Counted from the stretch's first letter, positions 1 to 11,881 are shown. The stretch is DNA of 64,000 nucleotides from Escherichia coli (GCF_048403405.1 NZ_CP183129.1); one strand, 5' to 3'. Numbers and translations: made by a program. Notes: a model not told the origin generated them from the letters alone.

Positions 1-1134
1 ACAGGTGCATTTTCTCTTTTCTTATTAATTGTAAATAAAAAGCACAATTATAATAAAAATGTCATTATATTAATTCTTGGTTTACTTCTTTTGGGTGCAA
101 TGAACCTTATATGGTATGAATTTTATAAAACAGAAGATGTAGTATATAGAAATGCTTATCGAGGCTACCTTGAGTCTGGAAAACTATTAGTATTTAGCTC
201 GTTGACATTTTTATTACTAAGTAAAAATAAATTCAGGCAAAATGAAAAACTACATTTTATTTCAGCTATCTTAGTTCAAATAATCATGCTATGTAGAGCA
301 TATTATCAAGGGATATATTTGCATGCAGACCGCATTCCCCTCTCCGCCATGAATGGGAATATTGGTCAGATGGGGGCAGCGACTATTGCGGCTTATGTGA
401 TTACATTTACAACTTTATATTCTTCAATTGTATTCATAAAAATGCAATCGAAATATAAATGGTTTCTATTTTATGCTAACTTTGCTTTAAGCTTTGCAGC
501 AGTAATGATGACAGGAACGCGTGCGGCAATTTTCACATTCCCACTTATGATTATGGTCATATTATTTCTTCAGCATCGTGATCAAAAAGTGTTTTTATTT
601 AAAGGATTGAGTGGTGTTTTTATATTGCTACTTGCTTGTGGTTTGATATTTAATAAGGAAATTGATAGGCGAATTAATTCATTAAAAGCTGATGTTATTT
701 CATATGCTACAAAAAATAACAGTCAATCCTCGGTCGGAGCACGTTTTGCAATGGTTAATGCAGGAATTAAAGGAAGTCCTGATGGTTTTAATTGGCAATC
801 TCTTGAGCAGCGTGCTGAAAAGATAAAAGCATTAAGTGCAGAAAATAATATTTATAGTGGAGCTTTATTATTCCTTGATGTACATATGCATAACGAAATT
901 GTGGAATCTCTTTCCACGAAAGGAAAAATTGGTCTTCTTGTTCTTATTATGTTCTATGTTGCAATGATCTATTACTGTATACGAGAGAAAAAATATATAC
1001 TCTTGGTTTTCCCTGCTTCTATTATGTTATTTGGCATTAGTGATGTCATTACACATGCTAAACCAATACCGGCATCGTGGATTGTGTGCCTCTTCCTGTC
1101 TATATCGTTTTTGAGTAAAAATGAACCACAATAA
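1..1134 (+). CDS. waaL: O-antigen ligase WaaL, 5' end truncated by window edge
   Basis: Frame is open from base 1 with no stop before the listed TTG at 91; polytopic hydrophobic product; AT-rich; sits beside waaC where the ligase gene lies in waa clusters. Convergent with waaC, unlike K-12. Confidence 0.7.
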   Translation, partial: TGAFSLFLLIVNKKHNYNKNVIILILGLLLLGAMNLIWYEFYKTEDVVYRNAYRGYLESGKLLVFSSLTFLLLSKNKFRQNEKLHFISAILVQIIMLCRAYYQGIYLHADRIPLSAMNGNIGQMGAATIAAYVITFTTLYSSIVFIKMQSKYKWFLFYANFALSFAAVMMTGTRAAIFTFPLMIMVILFLQHRDQKVFLFKGLSGVFILLLACGLIFNKEIDRRINSLKADVISYATKNNSQSSVGARFAMVNAGIKGSPDGFNWQSLEQRAEKIKALSAENNIYSGALLFLDVHMHNEIVESLSTKGKIGLLVLIMFYVAMIYYCIREKKYILLVFPASIMLFGISDVITHAKPIPASWIVCLFLSISFLSKNEPQ

Positions 1135-1181
1135 TAAAAGCGTTGACTAAGTAAGTGGGTATAATGCCCACTTACTATTTA

Positions 1182-2141
1182 TTAAATTAATGTGATTTTT
1201 TTATAAACAGCCGCTGCTTCTAAATTATTTAAATTCATTAGCGGAGCCCTACAAACCACCTGATTCTTCCCATATCCGCCAATTAATCCCGGATCGGTTG
1301 GTCCATAAACCGTGATATTCGGTCTATCCAGTGCCGCCGTTAAATGGCTTAACCCCGTATCCACCGACACTACAAATTTAGCCCCGGCCAGTACGCGGGC
1401 AACGCCTTCCAGACTCATCTTCGGCAATACTTCAACATAAGCAAATCCTTCCGCCAGTCGTTTCGCCCGTTCTTCCTCATGCGGCGCGCCCCACGGAAGT
1501 TTAATCCGTATTCCTGAATCAGCCAGTAAACCAATCAATTCTCGCCAGTGTTCTTCCGGCCAGTGTTTATCATCACGGGTCGTCGCATGAAGAAATACGG
1601 CATATTCGCCAGCATCTGTAGGCAGGTTCGTCAGGAAATGTTGTGCGATAGCATAATCACCCTGGGTTTGCGGTTTGCTATAGCCCAAACTTTTGGCAAA
1701 CAGTTCGCGGGTGCGTTCTACGGCGTGCTGCTGTTTTGCAATATGATGCTTACGATTGTAAAACAGGCTGGCTAACGGTTCTCGAACGGTTTGCCAGTCC
1801 ATGCCATGCTTTACGCCATGCGCCAGACGCGTCACCAGCGCCGCGCTTTTTACCAGCCCCTGAGCGTCGATAACTGCGTCATAGTTCTCTGCTTGTAGCG
1901 CTTCACGAAACGCTTTGCGTTCAGCTTTTATGGGGGCCGAGAACCAGGCTTTACGCCAGCGACGTATTGCCACAGGAATAACTCGCTCAACGGCGGCGTG
2001 CCAGGAAGGAATCTGTGCGAACCCTTCTTCCACCACCCAGTCAAACTTAATCCCTGGGATTGCCTGCTGGGCATCAGTGAGTGCGGGCAGCGTATGGAGA
2101 ACATCGCCCATCGACGATGTTTTAACGATCATAACCCGCAT
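1182..2141 (-). CDS. waaC: ADP-heptose:LPS heptosyltransferase I
   Basis: 319 aa, family-9 heptosyltransferase; position in hldD-waaF-waaC operon. Confidence 0.95.
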   Translation of the reverse strand: MRVMIVKTSSMGDVLHTLPALTDAQQAIPGIKFDWVVEEGFAQIPSWHAAVERVIPVAIRRWRKAWFSAPIKAERKAFREALQAENYDAVIDAQGLVKSAALVTRLAHGVKHGMDWQTVREPLASLFYNRKHHIAKQQHAVERTRELFAKSLGYSKPQTQGDYAIAQHFLTNLPTDAGEYAVFLHATTRDDKHWPEEHWRELIGLLADSGIRIKLPWGAPHEEERAKRLAEGFAYVEVLPKMSLEGVARVLAGAKFVVSVDTGLSHLTAALDRPNITVYGPTDPGLIGGYGKNQVVCRAPLMNLNNLEAAAVYKKITLI

Positions 2142-2144
2142 CCG

Positions 2145-3191
2145 TCAGGCTTCCTCTTGTAACAATAGCGTGTTGAGTTCTTCCAGTACGCGCTGGGGAG
2201 TAATGTCGATCAAGCTCTGGTGATAACCCTCCGCAGCGTCACCTTTACGCACTTTGTGATAGCCGGTAATCAGACGGATCACGCGCGCTTTATGGGATAG
2301 CGGTGGTGTGAAGTCCGGGCTACTCGGACCATACAGGGCAACCAGCGGACGATTGAGCGCCGCCGCAACGTGCATCAGACCAGAATCGTTAGTGACAATG
2401 GCTTTACAGGCTGCAATCAGGATAACCGCTTGATCAAGCTGTGTTTCCCCCGCCAGGTTCCGGCACCATGCCTGCTGCTCGGTATTCAAAGCGGCAAGAA
2501 TCTCATTGCCCGCCTCATGATCTTTCGCCGAGCCAAACAGAACCACCTGATAACCTTCATCAATCAGCTGCTTTGCCAGTTCCGCATAGTGGTAGTGTGG
2601 CCAGCGTTTTGCCGGACCAAACTCCGCTCCGGGGCAAAAGCCAATCATCGGACGTTCTGATGAAAGCGAAAATTGATTACAGGTATATGATTTTTCACCT
2701 TCGCTCACCTGCAACTGCGGCCATAACAATGGTTGCGGCAGATCTTGTGCTGTGCGCATAACGCCTTTGTCATAGGCCAGCGCGACATAGCGTTCCACCA
2801 TTAGCGGCCAGGCTTCTTTATCGAGCACGCGTACATCGTTGAGTAAACCGTAGCGCATCTCGCCGCGCCAGCCGGTGCGATGAGGAATACCCGCGAAGAA
2901 AGGCACTAATGCGGACTTGAAGGAGTTGGGTAAGACGTAGGCGCGGTCGTAGCGCTTTTCACGCAGACTATGACCCAGTTTGCGGCGTTCGCCGATTTCC
3001 AGCGCTCCGTGACCGAGAGGCATAGGAATAGCTTCGTTAACTTCCGGCATCCGCGATAATAATGGACGGCACCATGCCGGTGCCATCACGTCGATTATCG
3101 CCTGGGGATAGCGCGCCTGGAGCGTGCGATAGAGACTTTGCGACATCATCATGTCGCCAACCCAAGACGGGCCGATCACCAGTATTTTCAT
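2145..3191 (-). CDS. waaF: ADP-heptose:LPS heptosyltransferase II
   Basis: 348 aa; starts MKILVIGPSWVGDMMM; 3 bp upstream of waaC. Confidence 0.95.
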   Translation of the reverse strand: MKILVIGPSWVGDMMMSQSLYRTLQARYPQAIIDVMAPAWCRPLLSRMPEVNEAIPMPLGHGALEIGERRKLGHSLREKRYDRAYVLPNSFKSALVPFFAGIPHRTGWRGEMRYGLLNDVRVLDKEAWPLMVERYVALAYDKGVMRTAQDLPQPLLWPQLQVSEGEKSYTCNQFSLSSERPMIGFCPGAEFGPAKRWPHYHYAELAKQLIDEGYQVVLFGSAKDHEAGNEILAALNTEQQAWCRNLAGETQLDQAVILIAACKAIVTNDSGLMHVAAALNRPLVALYGPSSPDFTPPLSHKARVIRLITGYHKVRKGDAAEGYHQSLIDITPQRVLEELNTLLLQEEA

Positions 3192-3200
3192 GCAGAGCTC

Positions 3201-4133
3201 TTATGCGTCGCGATTCAGCCAGGCCATGTATTCCGTTACACCTTCAGCAACGGTTTTGAACGGTTTATCGTAACCCGCCGCGCGCAGATTCGTCAGATCT
3301 GCCTGAGTGAACGCCTGATAGCGGCCTTTCAGTTTATCCGGGAACGGAATGTATTCGATCTGGCCTTTCTTGTGATAAGCAAGCGTTGCATCGGCTACAG
3401 CCTGGAAGGATTCCGCACGACCGGTGCCGAGGTTGAAGATGCCGGAAACGCCATTTTCCAGGAACCACAGGTTTACATCTGCCACGTCGCCCACATAGAC
3501 GAAGTCACGTTTGAAGTTCTCGCTACCTTCGAACAGCTTCGGTGATTCACCGTTATTAAGCTGGGTGTTGAGATGGAAAGCGACGCTCGCCATGCTGCCT
3601 TTATGGCCTTCACGCGGTCCATAAACGTTGAAATAGCGGAAGCCAACAATCTGCGAGTTCGCTTCTGGCAGGATTTGACGAACATATTCATCAAACAGGA
3701 ATTTTGAGTAACCGTAGACGTTCAACGGTTTTTCGTACTCGCGGGATTCAATAAAGTCGGAGGTGCGTCCGCCGTAAGTGGCTGCGGAAGAAGCGTACAG
3801 GAACGGGATTTCGCGCTCCAGACAGTAGTGCAGCAGCTCTTTGGAGTATTGATAGTTGTTATCCATCATATACTTGCCATCCCACTCGGTGGTGGAAGAG
3901 CACGCGCCTTCGTGGAAAATCGCTTCGACATCGCCGAACTCTTCGCCAGCCATAATCTGGATCAGGAAGTCTTCCTTATCCATATAGTCCGCGATATCCA
4001 GATCCACCAGGTTCACAAACTTGGTGCCGTCTTTCAGGTTGTCCACCACCAGAATATCGGTGATGCCTTTATCATTCAGGGCCTTAACGATGTTGCTGCC
4101 GATAAAGCCCGCGCCGCCGGTAACGATGATCAT
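3201..4133 (-). CDS. hldD: ADP-L-glycero-D-manno-heptose 6-epimerase
   Basis: 310 aa; N-terminal GGAGFIGSN Rossmann motif; first gene of the operon. Confidence 0.95.
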
Positions 4134-4346
4134 AACTGTAACCTTCGAATTATGGAGTCAGAGACAATCTCAGACACGAATGCTTCTATCATATCACTAC
4201 ACGGCGTTGGCTTCAGCCATTCGCCAAAAGTGAGATTGATGGACGTTATTTATCCTGAATTTTGCAGAAGTGTTAACGCGTCATCTCGTCGCGACCTATA
4301 AGTTTGGGTAATATGTGCTGGAATTTGCCCTGTCTGGAGAATCGCA

Positions 4347-5543
4347 ATGCGTGGAGAATTTTATCAGCAGTTAACCAACGATCTGGAAACCGCACGGGCG
4401 GAAGGGTTGTTTAAAGAAGAGCGCATTATTACGTCTGCGCAGCAAGCAGATATCACTGTGGCTGATGGAAGCCACGTCATTAACTTTTGTGCCAATAACT
4501 ATCTCGGACTGGCGAATCATCCGGATCTGATTGCGGCGGCAAAGGCGGGAATGGATTCTCACGGTTTCGGCATGGCTTCGGTGCGTTTTATTTGCGGCAC
4601 TCAGGACAGCCATAAAGAGCTTGAACAAAAACTGGCGGCCTTCCTGGGGATGGAAGATGCGATTCTCTACTCTTCCTGCTTTGATGCTAACGGTGGCCTG
4701 TTTGAAACGCTGTTGGGCGCGGAAGACGCCATTATCTCCGACGCACTGAACCACGCGTCTATTATTGATGGTGTGCGTCTGTGCAAAGCTAAACGCTATC
4801 GTTATGCCAACAACGATATGCAGGAGCTGGAAGCACGTCTGAAAGAAGCGCGTGAAGCCGGTGCGCGTCATGTGCTGATTGCCACCGATGGTGTGTTCTC
4901 AATGGACGGCGTGATTGCCAACCTGAAGGGCGTTTGCGATCTGGCAGATAAATACGATGCCCTGGTGATGGTAGACGACTCCCACGCGGTCGGTTTTGTC
5001 GGTGAAAATGGTCGTGGTTCCCATGAATACTGCGATGTGATGGGCCGGGTCGATATTATCACCGGTACGCTTGGTAAAGCGCTGGGCGGGGCTTCTGGTG
5101 GTTATACCGCGGCGCGCAAAGAAGTGGTTGAGTGGCTGCGCCAGCGTTCTCGTCCGTACCTGTTCTCCAACTCGCTGGCACCGGCCATTGTTGCCGCTTC
5201 CATCAAAGTGCTGGAGATGGTTGAAGCGGGTAGCGAGCTGCGTGACCGTCTGTGGGCGAACGCGCGTCAGTTCCGTGAGCAAATGTCGGCGGCGGGCTTT
5301 ACCCTGGCGGGAGCCGATCACGCCATTATTCCGGTCATGCTTGGCGATGCGGTAGTAGCGCAGAAATTTGCTCGTGAGCTGCAAAAAGAGGGGATTTACG
5401 TCACCGGTTTCTTCTATCCGGTCGTTCCGAAAGGTCAGGCGCGTATTCGTACCCAGATGTCTGCGGCGCATACCCCTGAGCAAATTACGCGTGCAGTAGA
5501 AGCATTCACGCGTATTGGTAAACAACTGGGCGTTATCGCCTGA
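4347..5543 (+). CDS. kbl: 2-amino-3-ketobutyrate CoA ligase
   Basis: 398 aa PLP-dependent acyltransferase; divergent from hldD; followed by tdh. Confidence 0.95.
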   Translation: MRGEFYQQLTNDLETARAEGLFKEERIITSAQQADITVADGSHVINFCANNYLGLANHPDLIAAAKAGMDSHGFGMASVRFICGTQDSHKELEQKLAAFLGMEDAILYSSCFDANGGLFETLLGAEDAIISDALNHASIIDGVRLCKAKRYRYANNDMQELEARLKEAREAGARHVLIATDGVFSMDGVIANLKGVCDLADKYDALVMVDDSHAVGFVGENGRGSHEYCDVMGRVDIITGTLGKALGGASGGYTAARKEVVEWLRQRSRPYLFSNSLAPAIVAASIKVLEMVEAGSELRDRLWANARQFREQMSAAGFTLAGADHAIIPVMLGDAVVAQKFARELQKEGIYVTGFFYPVVPKGQARIRTQMSAAHTPEQITRAVEAFTRIGKQLGVIA

Positions 5544-5552
5544 GGATGTGAG

Positions 5553-6578
5553 ATGAAAGCGTTATCCAAACTGAAAGCGGAAGAGGGCATCTGGATGACC
5601 GACGTTCCTGTACCGGAACTCGGGCATAACGATCTGCTGATTAAAATCCGTAAAACAGCCATCTGCGGGACTGACGTTCACATCTATAACTGGGATGAGT
5701 GGTCGCAAAAAACCATCCCGGTACCGATGGTCGTGGGCCATGAATATGTCGGTGAAGTGGTAGGTATTGGTCAGGAAGTGAAAGGCTTCAAGATTGGCGA
5801 TCGCGTTTCTGGCGAAGGCCATATCACCTGCGGTCACTGTCGCAACTGTCGTGGCGGTCGTACCCATCTGTGCCGCAACACGATCGGCGTCGGCGTTAAC
5901 CGTCCGGGCTGCTTCGCCGAGTATCTGGTGATTCCGGCGTTCAACGCTTTCAAAATCTCCGACAATATCTCCGATGATCTGGCTTCCATTTTTGATCCCT
6001 TCGGTAACGCCGTGCATACCGCGCTGTCGTTCGATCTGGTGGGTGAAGATGTGCTGGTCTCTGGTGCAGGCCCGATTGGTATTATGGCGGCGGCGGTGGC
6101 GAAACACGTTGGTGCACGTAACGTGGTGATTACTGATGTTAACGAATACCGCCTTGAGTTGGCGCGTAAAATGGGTATCACCCGTGCGGTTAACGTCGCT
6201 AAAGAGAACCTCAATGATGTGATGGCAGAACTGGGCATGACCGAAGGCTTTGATGTCGGTCTGGAAATGTCCGGTGCGCCGCCAGCGTTTCGTACCATGC
6301 TCGACACCATGAACCACGGCGGTCGTATTGCGATGCTGGGTATTCCACCGTCTGATATGTCTATCGACTGGACCAAAGTGATCTTTAAAGGATTGTTCAT
6401 TAAAGGTATTTACGGTCGTGAGATGTTTGAAACCTGGTACAAGATGGCGGCGCTGATTCAGTCTGGCCTCGATCTTTCGCCGATCATTACCCATCGTTTC
6501 TCTATCGATGATTTCCAGAAGGGCTTTGACGCCATGCGTTCGGGCCAGTCCGGGAAAGTTATCCTGAGCTGGGATTAA
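5553..6578 (+). CDS. tdh: L-threonine 3-dehydrogenase
   Basis: 341 aa Zn-dependent MDR dehydrogenase; kbl-tdh operon. Confidence 0.95.
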   Translation: MKALSKLKAEEGIWMTDVPVPELGHNDLLIKIRKTAICGTDVHIYNWDEWSQKTIPVPMVVGHEYVGEVVGIGQEVKGFKIGDRVSGEGHITCGHCRNCRGGRTHLCRNTIGVGVNRPGCFAEYLVIPAFNAFKISDNISDDLASIFDPFGNAVHTALSFDLVGEDVLVSGAGPIGIMAAAVAKHVGARNVVITDVNEYRLELARKMGITRAVNVAKENLNDVMAELGMTEGFDVGLEMSGAPPAFRTMLDTMNHGGRIAMLGIPPSDMSIDWTKVIFKGLFIKGIYGREMFETWYKMAALIQSGLDLSPIITHRFSIDDFQKGFDAMRSGQSGKVILSWD

Positions 6579-6587
6579 CACAAACAA

Positions 6588-6610
6588 GGGCTGGTATTCC
6601 AGCCCTTTTT
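6588..6610 (+). terminator. Rho-independent terminator of kbl-tdh
   Basis: Stem GGGCTGG/CCAGCCC with TATT loop, followed by TTTTT, 10 bp after the tdh stop. Confidence 0.75.
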
Positions 6611-6816
6611 CCTGAGGATAATCTGTTAAATATGTAAAATGCTGTCAGTAAAATAAAGAATGGGTAATTGCGCTGATCTCTTATATAGCTGTTCTCATTA
6701 TCTCTCTACCCTGAAGTGACTCTCTCACCTGTAAAAATAATATCTCACAGGCTTAATAGTTTCTTAATACAAAGCCTGTAAAACGTCAGGATAACTTCAG
6801 AGGTCGTCGGTAATTT

Positions 6817-7851
6817 ATGATGAACAGCACCAATAAACTTAGTGTTATTATTCCGTTATATAATGCAGGCGATGATTTCCGCACTTGTATGGAATCTTTA
6901 ATTACGCAAACCTGGACTGCTCTGGAAATCATTATTATTAACGATGGTTCAACGGATAATTCTGTTGAAATAGCAAAGCATTACGCAGAAAACTATCCGC
7001 ACGTTCGTTTGTTGCATCAGGCGAATGCTGGCGCATCGGTGGCGCGTAATCGTGGGATCGAGGTGGCGACGGGCAAATATGTCGCTTTTGTCGATGCTGA
7101 CGATGAGGTGTATCCCACCATGTACGAAACGCTGATGACCATGGCGTTAGAGGACGACCTCGACGTGGCGCAGTGCAACGCTGACTGGTGTTTTCGTGAA
7201 ACGGGAGAAACCTGGCAATCCATCCCCACCGATCGCCTTCGCTCAACCGGCGTATTAACCGGCCCGGATTGGTTGCGGATGGGGCTTTCTTCCCGCCGTT
7301 GGACTCACGTTGTCTGGATGGGGGTTTATCGCCGCGATGTTATTGTTAAAAATAACATTAAATTTATTGCCGGATTACATCATCAGGATATTGTCTGGAC
7401 AACAGAATTTATGTTTAATGCGCTGCGTGCGCGATATACCGAGCAATCGTTATATAAATATTATCTGCATAATACGTCAGTGAGTCGGTTGAATAGACAA
7501 GGGAATAAAAACCTTAATTATCAACGTCACTATATTAAGATTACCCGACTGTTGGAAAAGTTAAATCGCGATTACGCAGACAGAATAGTGATTTACCCGG
7601 AATTTCATCAACAAATAACTTACGAAGCATTGCGTGTTTGCCATGCGGTGCGCAAAGAGCCGGATATTCTTACCCGCCAACGGATGATTGCCGAGATATT
7701 TACTTCCGGTATGTATAAGCGCCTGATTACTAATGTGCGCAGCGTGAAGGTGGGTTACCAGGCGTTACTGTGGTCTTTCCGCTTATGGCAATGGCGCGAC
7801 AAAACGCGGTCGCACCATCGCATTACGCGTAGCGCCTTTAATTTGCGCTAG
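6817..7851 (+). CDS. waaH: LPS core glycosyltransferase, family 2
   Basis: 344 aa; GT-A type motifs (IINDGSTDNS, DADD); K-12 waaH/yibD position. Confidence 0.85.
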   Translation: MMNSTNKLSVIIPLYNAGDDFRTCMESLITQTWTALEIIIINDGSTDNSVEIAKHYAENYPHVRLLHQANAGASVARNRGIEVATGKYVAFVDADDEVYPTMYETLMTMALEDDLDVAQCNADWCFRETGETWQSIPTDRLRSTGVLTGPDWLRMGLSSRRWTHVVWMGVYRRDVIVKNNIKFIAGLHHQDIVWTTEFMFNALRARYTEQSLYKYYLHNTSVSRLNRQGNKNLNYQRHYIKITRLLEKLNRDYADRIVIYPEFHQQITYEALRVCHAVRKEPDILTRQRMIAEIFTSGMYKRLITNVRSVKVGYQALLWSFRLWQWRDKTRSHHRITRSAFNLR

Positions 7852-8797
7852 CGTTAAGTTTTGCCGCTTCGGGCTGTTTGCCCCAGCCTTGCCACTGATG
7901 TTGGAAGTAAACGATCAGCGTGCTCTGGCTGATGCTTTCGCTTAATACTTCAAAGAAGCGATTAGCATAAACAGGTTCCAGCGGTTTCTTCGGTTTGCAC
8001 AGCTTCACGCCACGGAACGGATTACGCGGTGTGTCGGGCACAGTGTTTTTCGGCGGTGTAGACGTATCAACCTGCGGTTCATTCAGCAAGCTGCTGGCTT
8101 TCACCAGCGTAATGTCTGGCGGCAGGTTATAAACCATCTGTTGTAGCACGCGTACCGTTGAAGGGTGAGGATGCCCAATGGCAATGGTTGAACCGTTGCG
8201 ACGCGCCAGATCAATTGCGCGATTAAATTGCACACGGATGTCCGCTTCATTTTGCGAATCGTCGAGGAACACTTTCCGTTTGATCACCTTCACGCCAGTG
8301 CCTTGCGCTGCGCGCATCGCCTGGGTATTACCGATGGTTACGCTGTCGAGGAAGTAAAGATTGTAACGCTCCAGCGCCTGCATCACTTTCTGCATACCAA
8401 ACAGGTTAGAGGTCATCTTGCTGCCCATGTGGTTGTTGATCCCCACGGCATAGGGCACGTTATTGACCGCACTACGAATAATGCGCTCAATTTCGTCGCT
8501 GCTCATCTCCGGGCGTAGCGTATTTTTCTCCAGTGGCTGTTTACTCAGTGGTGCCATCGGTAGATGAATCAACACTTCGTGACCGCTGTTATGCGCTTTG
8601 GTCGCCATCTCTCTGGCGTGCGGTGAATCGGGTAATACAGCGACGGAGATAGCGGAAGGCATCGCCAGCACCTGGTTTTCGTTGTGCGGGCGATACCCAA
8701 AATCATCAATGACGATGGCAAGTTTGCCAGCAATTACGGGGGAGGAGAGCGCCAACAGAGCGGCAAATGCAAGAACGTTACGACGAAATGGAAACAA
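7838..8797 (-). CDS. yibQ: Divergent polysaccharide deacetylase family protein
   Basis: 319 aa with N-terminal signal peptide; last gene of gpmM-envC-yibQ; 3' end overlaps waaH by 14 bp. Confidence 0.85.
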   Translation of the reverse strand: MFPFRRNVLAFAALLALSSPVIAGKLAIVIDDFGYRPHNENQVLAMPSAISVAVLPDSPHAREMATKAHNSGHEVLIHLPMAPLSKQPLEKNTLRPEMSSDEIERIIRSAVNNVPYAVGINNHMGSKMTSNLFGMQKVMQALERYNLYFLDSVTIGNTQAMRAAQGTGVKVIKRKVFLDDSQNEADIRVQFNRAIDLARRNGSTIAIGHPHPSTVRVLQQMVYNLPPDITLVKASSLLNEPQVDTSTPPKNTVPDTPRNPFRGVKLCKPKKPLEPVYANRFFEVLSESISQSTLIVYFQHQWQGWGKQPEAAKLNASAN

Positions 8798-8800
8798 AAC

Positions 8801-10060
8801 TTATCTTCCCAACCACGGCTGTGGATTGACCGCCTGACCCTGGCGGCGAATTTCGAAATAGAGTGAAGGCCGACCCTGACCGCCACTGCTGCCCACCAGT
8901 GCAATCGGCTGGCCCGCGCGAACCTGCGAACCAACGCTCACCAGTGCGCTCTGATTATAGCCGTAAAGACTCATGTCGCCTTTACCATGCTCAACCACCA
9001 CCACCAGACCGTAGCCTTGCAGCCAGTCAGCCAGAATCACCCGACCGTCGGCAATTGCTTTAACTTCAGTACCTTCAGAGGCACCGATAACCATTCCTTT
9101 CCAGCGTAATTCACCCTGTAGCTGCTCGCCATAGCGATGCAGCGTCGGCCCGCGAACTGGCCAGAATGCCTGACCACGCGGCGCACCCAGGCCACCAGTT
9201 CGGGACATCAGCGATTTTTCGCTTTCGGTCGGTTTGTAGGTGGTGCCTTTGCGCGTCGCTTCTTTCTGGCGGTCGCGAACCGCCTGGGCCTCACGCGCTT
9301 CTCGTTCAGCACGCGCTTTCGCCGCGGCTTCCGCACGGGCAATGCTGTTACGCAGACGGGATTCGTTGGCGCGCAGCTCGCTCAACTGTTGCTGACCTTG
9401 CTGGATGGAAGACTCCAGCCCTGCCAGCGTCTTTTTACGCTCGTTCAGCGCCTGGGTCAGCTTCGCCTGTTGGGCGCGCTGCTCATACAACAGCGTTTGT
9501 TGCTCGCTCTGTTTCTCTTCCAGCTCGGCGCGTTGCATAGCGACTTCTTCACGCGTTTGTTTCAACTGAGCAATGGTTTCTTGTCGCGCCTGGTTGAGAT
9601 AGCCGAAATAAGCCTGTAAACGCTGACCACGCTGGCTTTCTTCACCGCTAAGAATGAGCTGAATACCGGTATGTTCACCCTGACGAAACGCGGCATCCAG
9701 TTGTGCGGCGAGGCTGCGCTCCTGGGCGGCTTTTTGCTGCTCCAGTTTGGCAATCGACGCGTTCATCTCATCAATCTGTTTATTCAGTTGATTGAGTGTG
9801 TTTTGCGTTTCGCGCAGTTTGCGAGTGGCTTCCGAGATCGCTTCTTCCTGCTTTTTCAATTGAGCAAGCAGGCTGGAGCGTTGTTGTTGCTTTTGGCGTA
9901 CCGCCCGCTCTTTCGCGGCGATATCGGCCTGAATAGATTTGAGTTGGTCACGCTCATCCGCGTGGGCGGAAAAGGCGCACAACAATACGCCAGCGCTAAG
10001 AACGCTGGCGTAGATGATGGGCCTGATTGCAAACCTGCGCGGTTTCACGGCCCGTGTCAT
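8801..10060 (-). CDS. envC: Murein hydrolase activator EnvC
   Basis: Signal peptide, long Q/A/E-rich coiled coil, C-terminal LytM/M23-like domain. Start trimmed to MTRAVKPRR; ORF track begins 8 codons earlier. Confidence 0.9.
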   Translation of the reverse strand: MTRAVKPRRFAIRPIIYASVLSAGVLLCAFSAHADERDQLKSIQADIAAKERAVRQKQQQRSSLLAQLKKQEEAISEATRKLRETQNTLNQLNKQIDEMNASIAKLEQQKAAQERSLAAQLDAAFRQGEHTGIQLILSGEESQRGQRLQAYFGYLNQARQETIAQLKQTREEVAMQRAELEEKQSEQQTLLYEQRAQQAKLTQALNERKKTLAGLESSIQQGQQQLSELRANESRLRNSIARAEAAAKARAEREAREAQAVRDRQKEATRKGTTYKPTESEKSLMSRTGGLGAPRGQAFWPVRGPTLHRYGEQLQGELRWKGMVIGASEGTEVKAIADGRVILADWLQGYGLVVVVEHGKGDMSLYGYNQSALVSVGSQVRAGQPIALVGSSGGQGRPSLYFEIRRQGQAVNPQPWLGR

Positions 10061-10093
10061 GGTATTAATCGCCTTTCCCCTCATGGGGAGGGA

Positions 10094-11638
10094 TTATTCC
10101 ACGATGAACAGCGGCTTACCAGTCATCTCTTGCGGGATTTCCATACCCATCAGCGACAACATGGTCGGCGCGATGTCAGAAAGTTTGCCGCCTTCAACCG
10201 CTTTCACGTTCTTATCACCAACGTAAATCAGCGGAACTGGCAGGTTGGTGTGTGCCGTGTGTGCCTGACCCGTTGCCGGATCGCGCATCTGTTCAGCGTT
10301 ACCGTGGTCAGCGGTGATCAGCAGTTGTCCACCCACGGACTCAACCGCTTTCGCGACTTCTTCCACGCAGTGATCCAGCGCTTCAACCGCTTTAACCGCC
10401 GCTTCCATCACCCCGGTGTGACCTACCATGTCGCCGTTCGGATAGTTACAGATAATGGTGTCGTATTTGCCACTCTTGATTGCCGCAACCAGTTTTTCGG
10501 TCAGCTCTGCGGAGCTCATTTCCGGTTGCAGATCGTAGGTAGCCACTTTCGGTGAGTTGATCAGAATGCGATCTTCGCCTTTGAACGACTCTTCTACGCC
10601 ACCGTTGAAGAAGAAAGTAACGTGGGCATATTTTTCGGTTTCGGAAATACGCAACTGAGTTTTGTCGTTTTTCGCCATCCACTCGCCGAAGGTGTTAACC
10701 AGGGACGCTGGTGGGTAAGCAACCGCAGTTTTGATGTCAGCGGCGTATTCGGTCAGCATCACGAAATCGACGTTAACCACTTTCTTGCGCGCGAAGCCAT
10801 CGAAATCAGCGTTCACGAATGCACGAGTGATTTCACGCGCGCGGTCAGCACGGAAGTTCATGAAAATCAGCGCATCGCCGTCTTCCATTGCCGCGTCTGG
10901 CTGACCTTCTGCACGGATAACGGTCGCTTTCACGAATTCGTCGTTTTCGTCGCGAGCATAAGCAGCCTGCAAACCAGCAACGGCGGTATCGGCCTGGAAC
11001 TCACCCTGCACCAGAGTCAGCAGGTCATAAGCTTTTTCAACGCGATCCCAGCGGTTATCGCGGTCCATGGCGTAGTAACGACCAATGATGGACGCTACGC
11101 GGCCTTTACCCAGCGCGGCAAATTTCTCTTCGAATTTTTTCAGCGAGGATTCAGCACTGCGCGGCGGAGTGTCGCGACCGTCAAGGAATGCGTGCAGGTA
11201 GATTTTTTCTGCGCCGCGTTCAGCGGCCAGTTCTACCATCGCCATGATGTGATCTTCGTGGCTGTGTACGCCGCCTGCGGAGAGCAGACCCATAATGTGA
11301 ACTGCTTTGCCTGCGTTTTTCGCTTTATCTACCGCGCCAGTCAGTACCGGGTTAGCGAAGAAAGCGCGATCTTTGATTTCAACGTCCAGACGAGTCAGGT
11401 CCTGATACACGATGCGGCCGGCACCCAGGTTAACGTGACCTACTTCGGAGTTACCCATCTGACGGTCAGGCAGACCGACTTCCAGACCGGAAGCGTCGAT
11501 CAGGGTATGCGGACGATTGGCCCACAGTGCATCCATTACCGGGGTTTTAGCACTAAAAATGGCGTTATCCTGCTGTTCTTCACGATAGCCATAGCCATCC
11601 AGAATCACCAGTACCATAGGTTTTTTAGAAACCGACAT
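10094..11638 (-). CDS. gpmM: 2,3-bisphosphoglycerate-independent phosphoglycerate mutase
   Basis: Start trimmed to [19 protein letters not shown] (~514 aa); ORF-track N-extension rejected. Confidence 0.9.
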   Translation of the reverse strand: MSVSKKPMVLVILDGYGYREEQQDNAIFSAKTPVMDALWANRPHTLIDASGLEVGLPDRQMGNSEVGHVNLGAGRIVYQDLTRLDVEIKDRAFFANPVLTGAVDKAKNAGKAVHIMGLLSAGGVHSHEDHIMAMVELAAERGAEKIYLHAFLDGRDTPPRSAESSLKKFEEKFAALGKGRVASIIGRYYAMDRDNRWDRVEKAYDLLTLVQGEFQADTAVAGLQAAYARDENDEFVKATVIRAEGQPDAAMEDGDALIFMNFRADRAREITRAFVNADFDGFARKKVVNVDFVMLTEYAADIKTAVAYPPASLVNTFGEWMAKNDKTQLRISETEKYAHVTFFFNGGVEESFKGEDRILINSPKVATYDLQPEMSSAELTEKLVAAIKSGKYDTIICNYPNGDMVGHTGVMEAAVKAVEALDHCVEEVAKAVESVGGQLLITADHGNAEQMRDPATGQAHTAHTNLPVPLIYVGDKNVKAVEGGKLSDIAPTMLSLMGMEIPQEMTGKPLFIVE

Positions 11639-11881
11639 TGCGACAACCTCATACTCAAGAGTCAAAATTTGCGTAATTTTACTACAGCTGAATCGATAAA
11701 ATAGCCTCTGAAGATCAAAATATACGACCGCTCGCAGCAAGCCGATGCCAGATTTGCGCTTTTTTTTCGTCGCGCCCCGCAAAATTGCATTCCAGTTAAC
11801 GCGCTGGCTGTATTTGCCGCACCGCGCAGGTATACTCCTTTCCTGGTTTTTTTAATCACTACGTCGGGAGTTGTTACCCCC

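Noticed and set aside
5562-6587. 341-aa minus-strand ORF exactly mirroring tdh
   Set aside because: Antisense shadow ORF; tdh on the plus strand has the recognisable dehydrogenase sequence and operon context.
9671-11704. Long plus-strand ORFs (294 and 360 aa) overlapping envC and gpmM
   Set aside because: Antisense shadows of highly conserved minus-strand genes.
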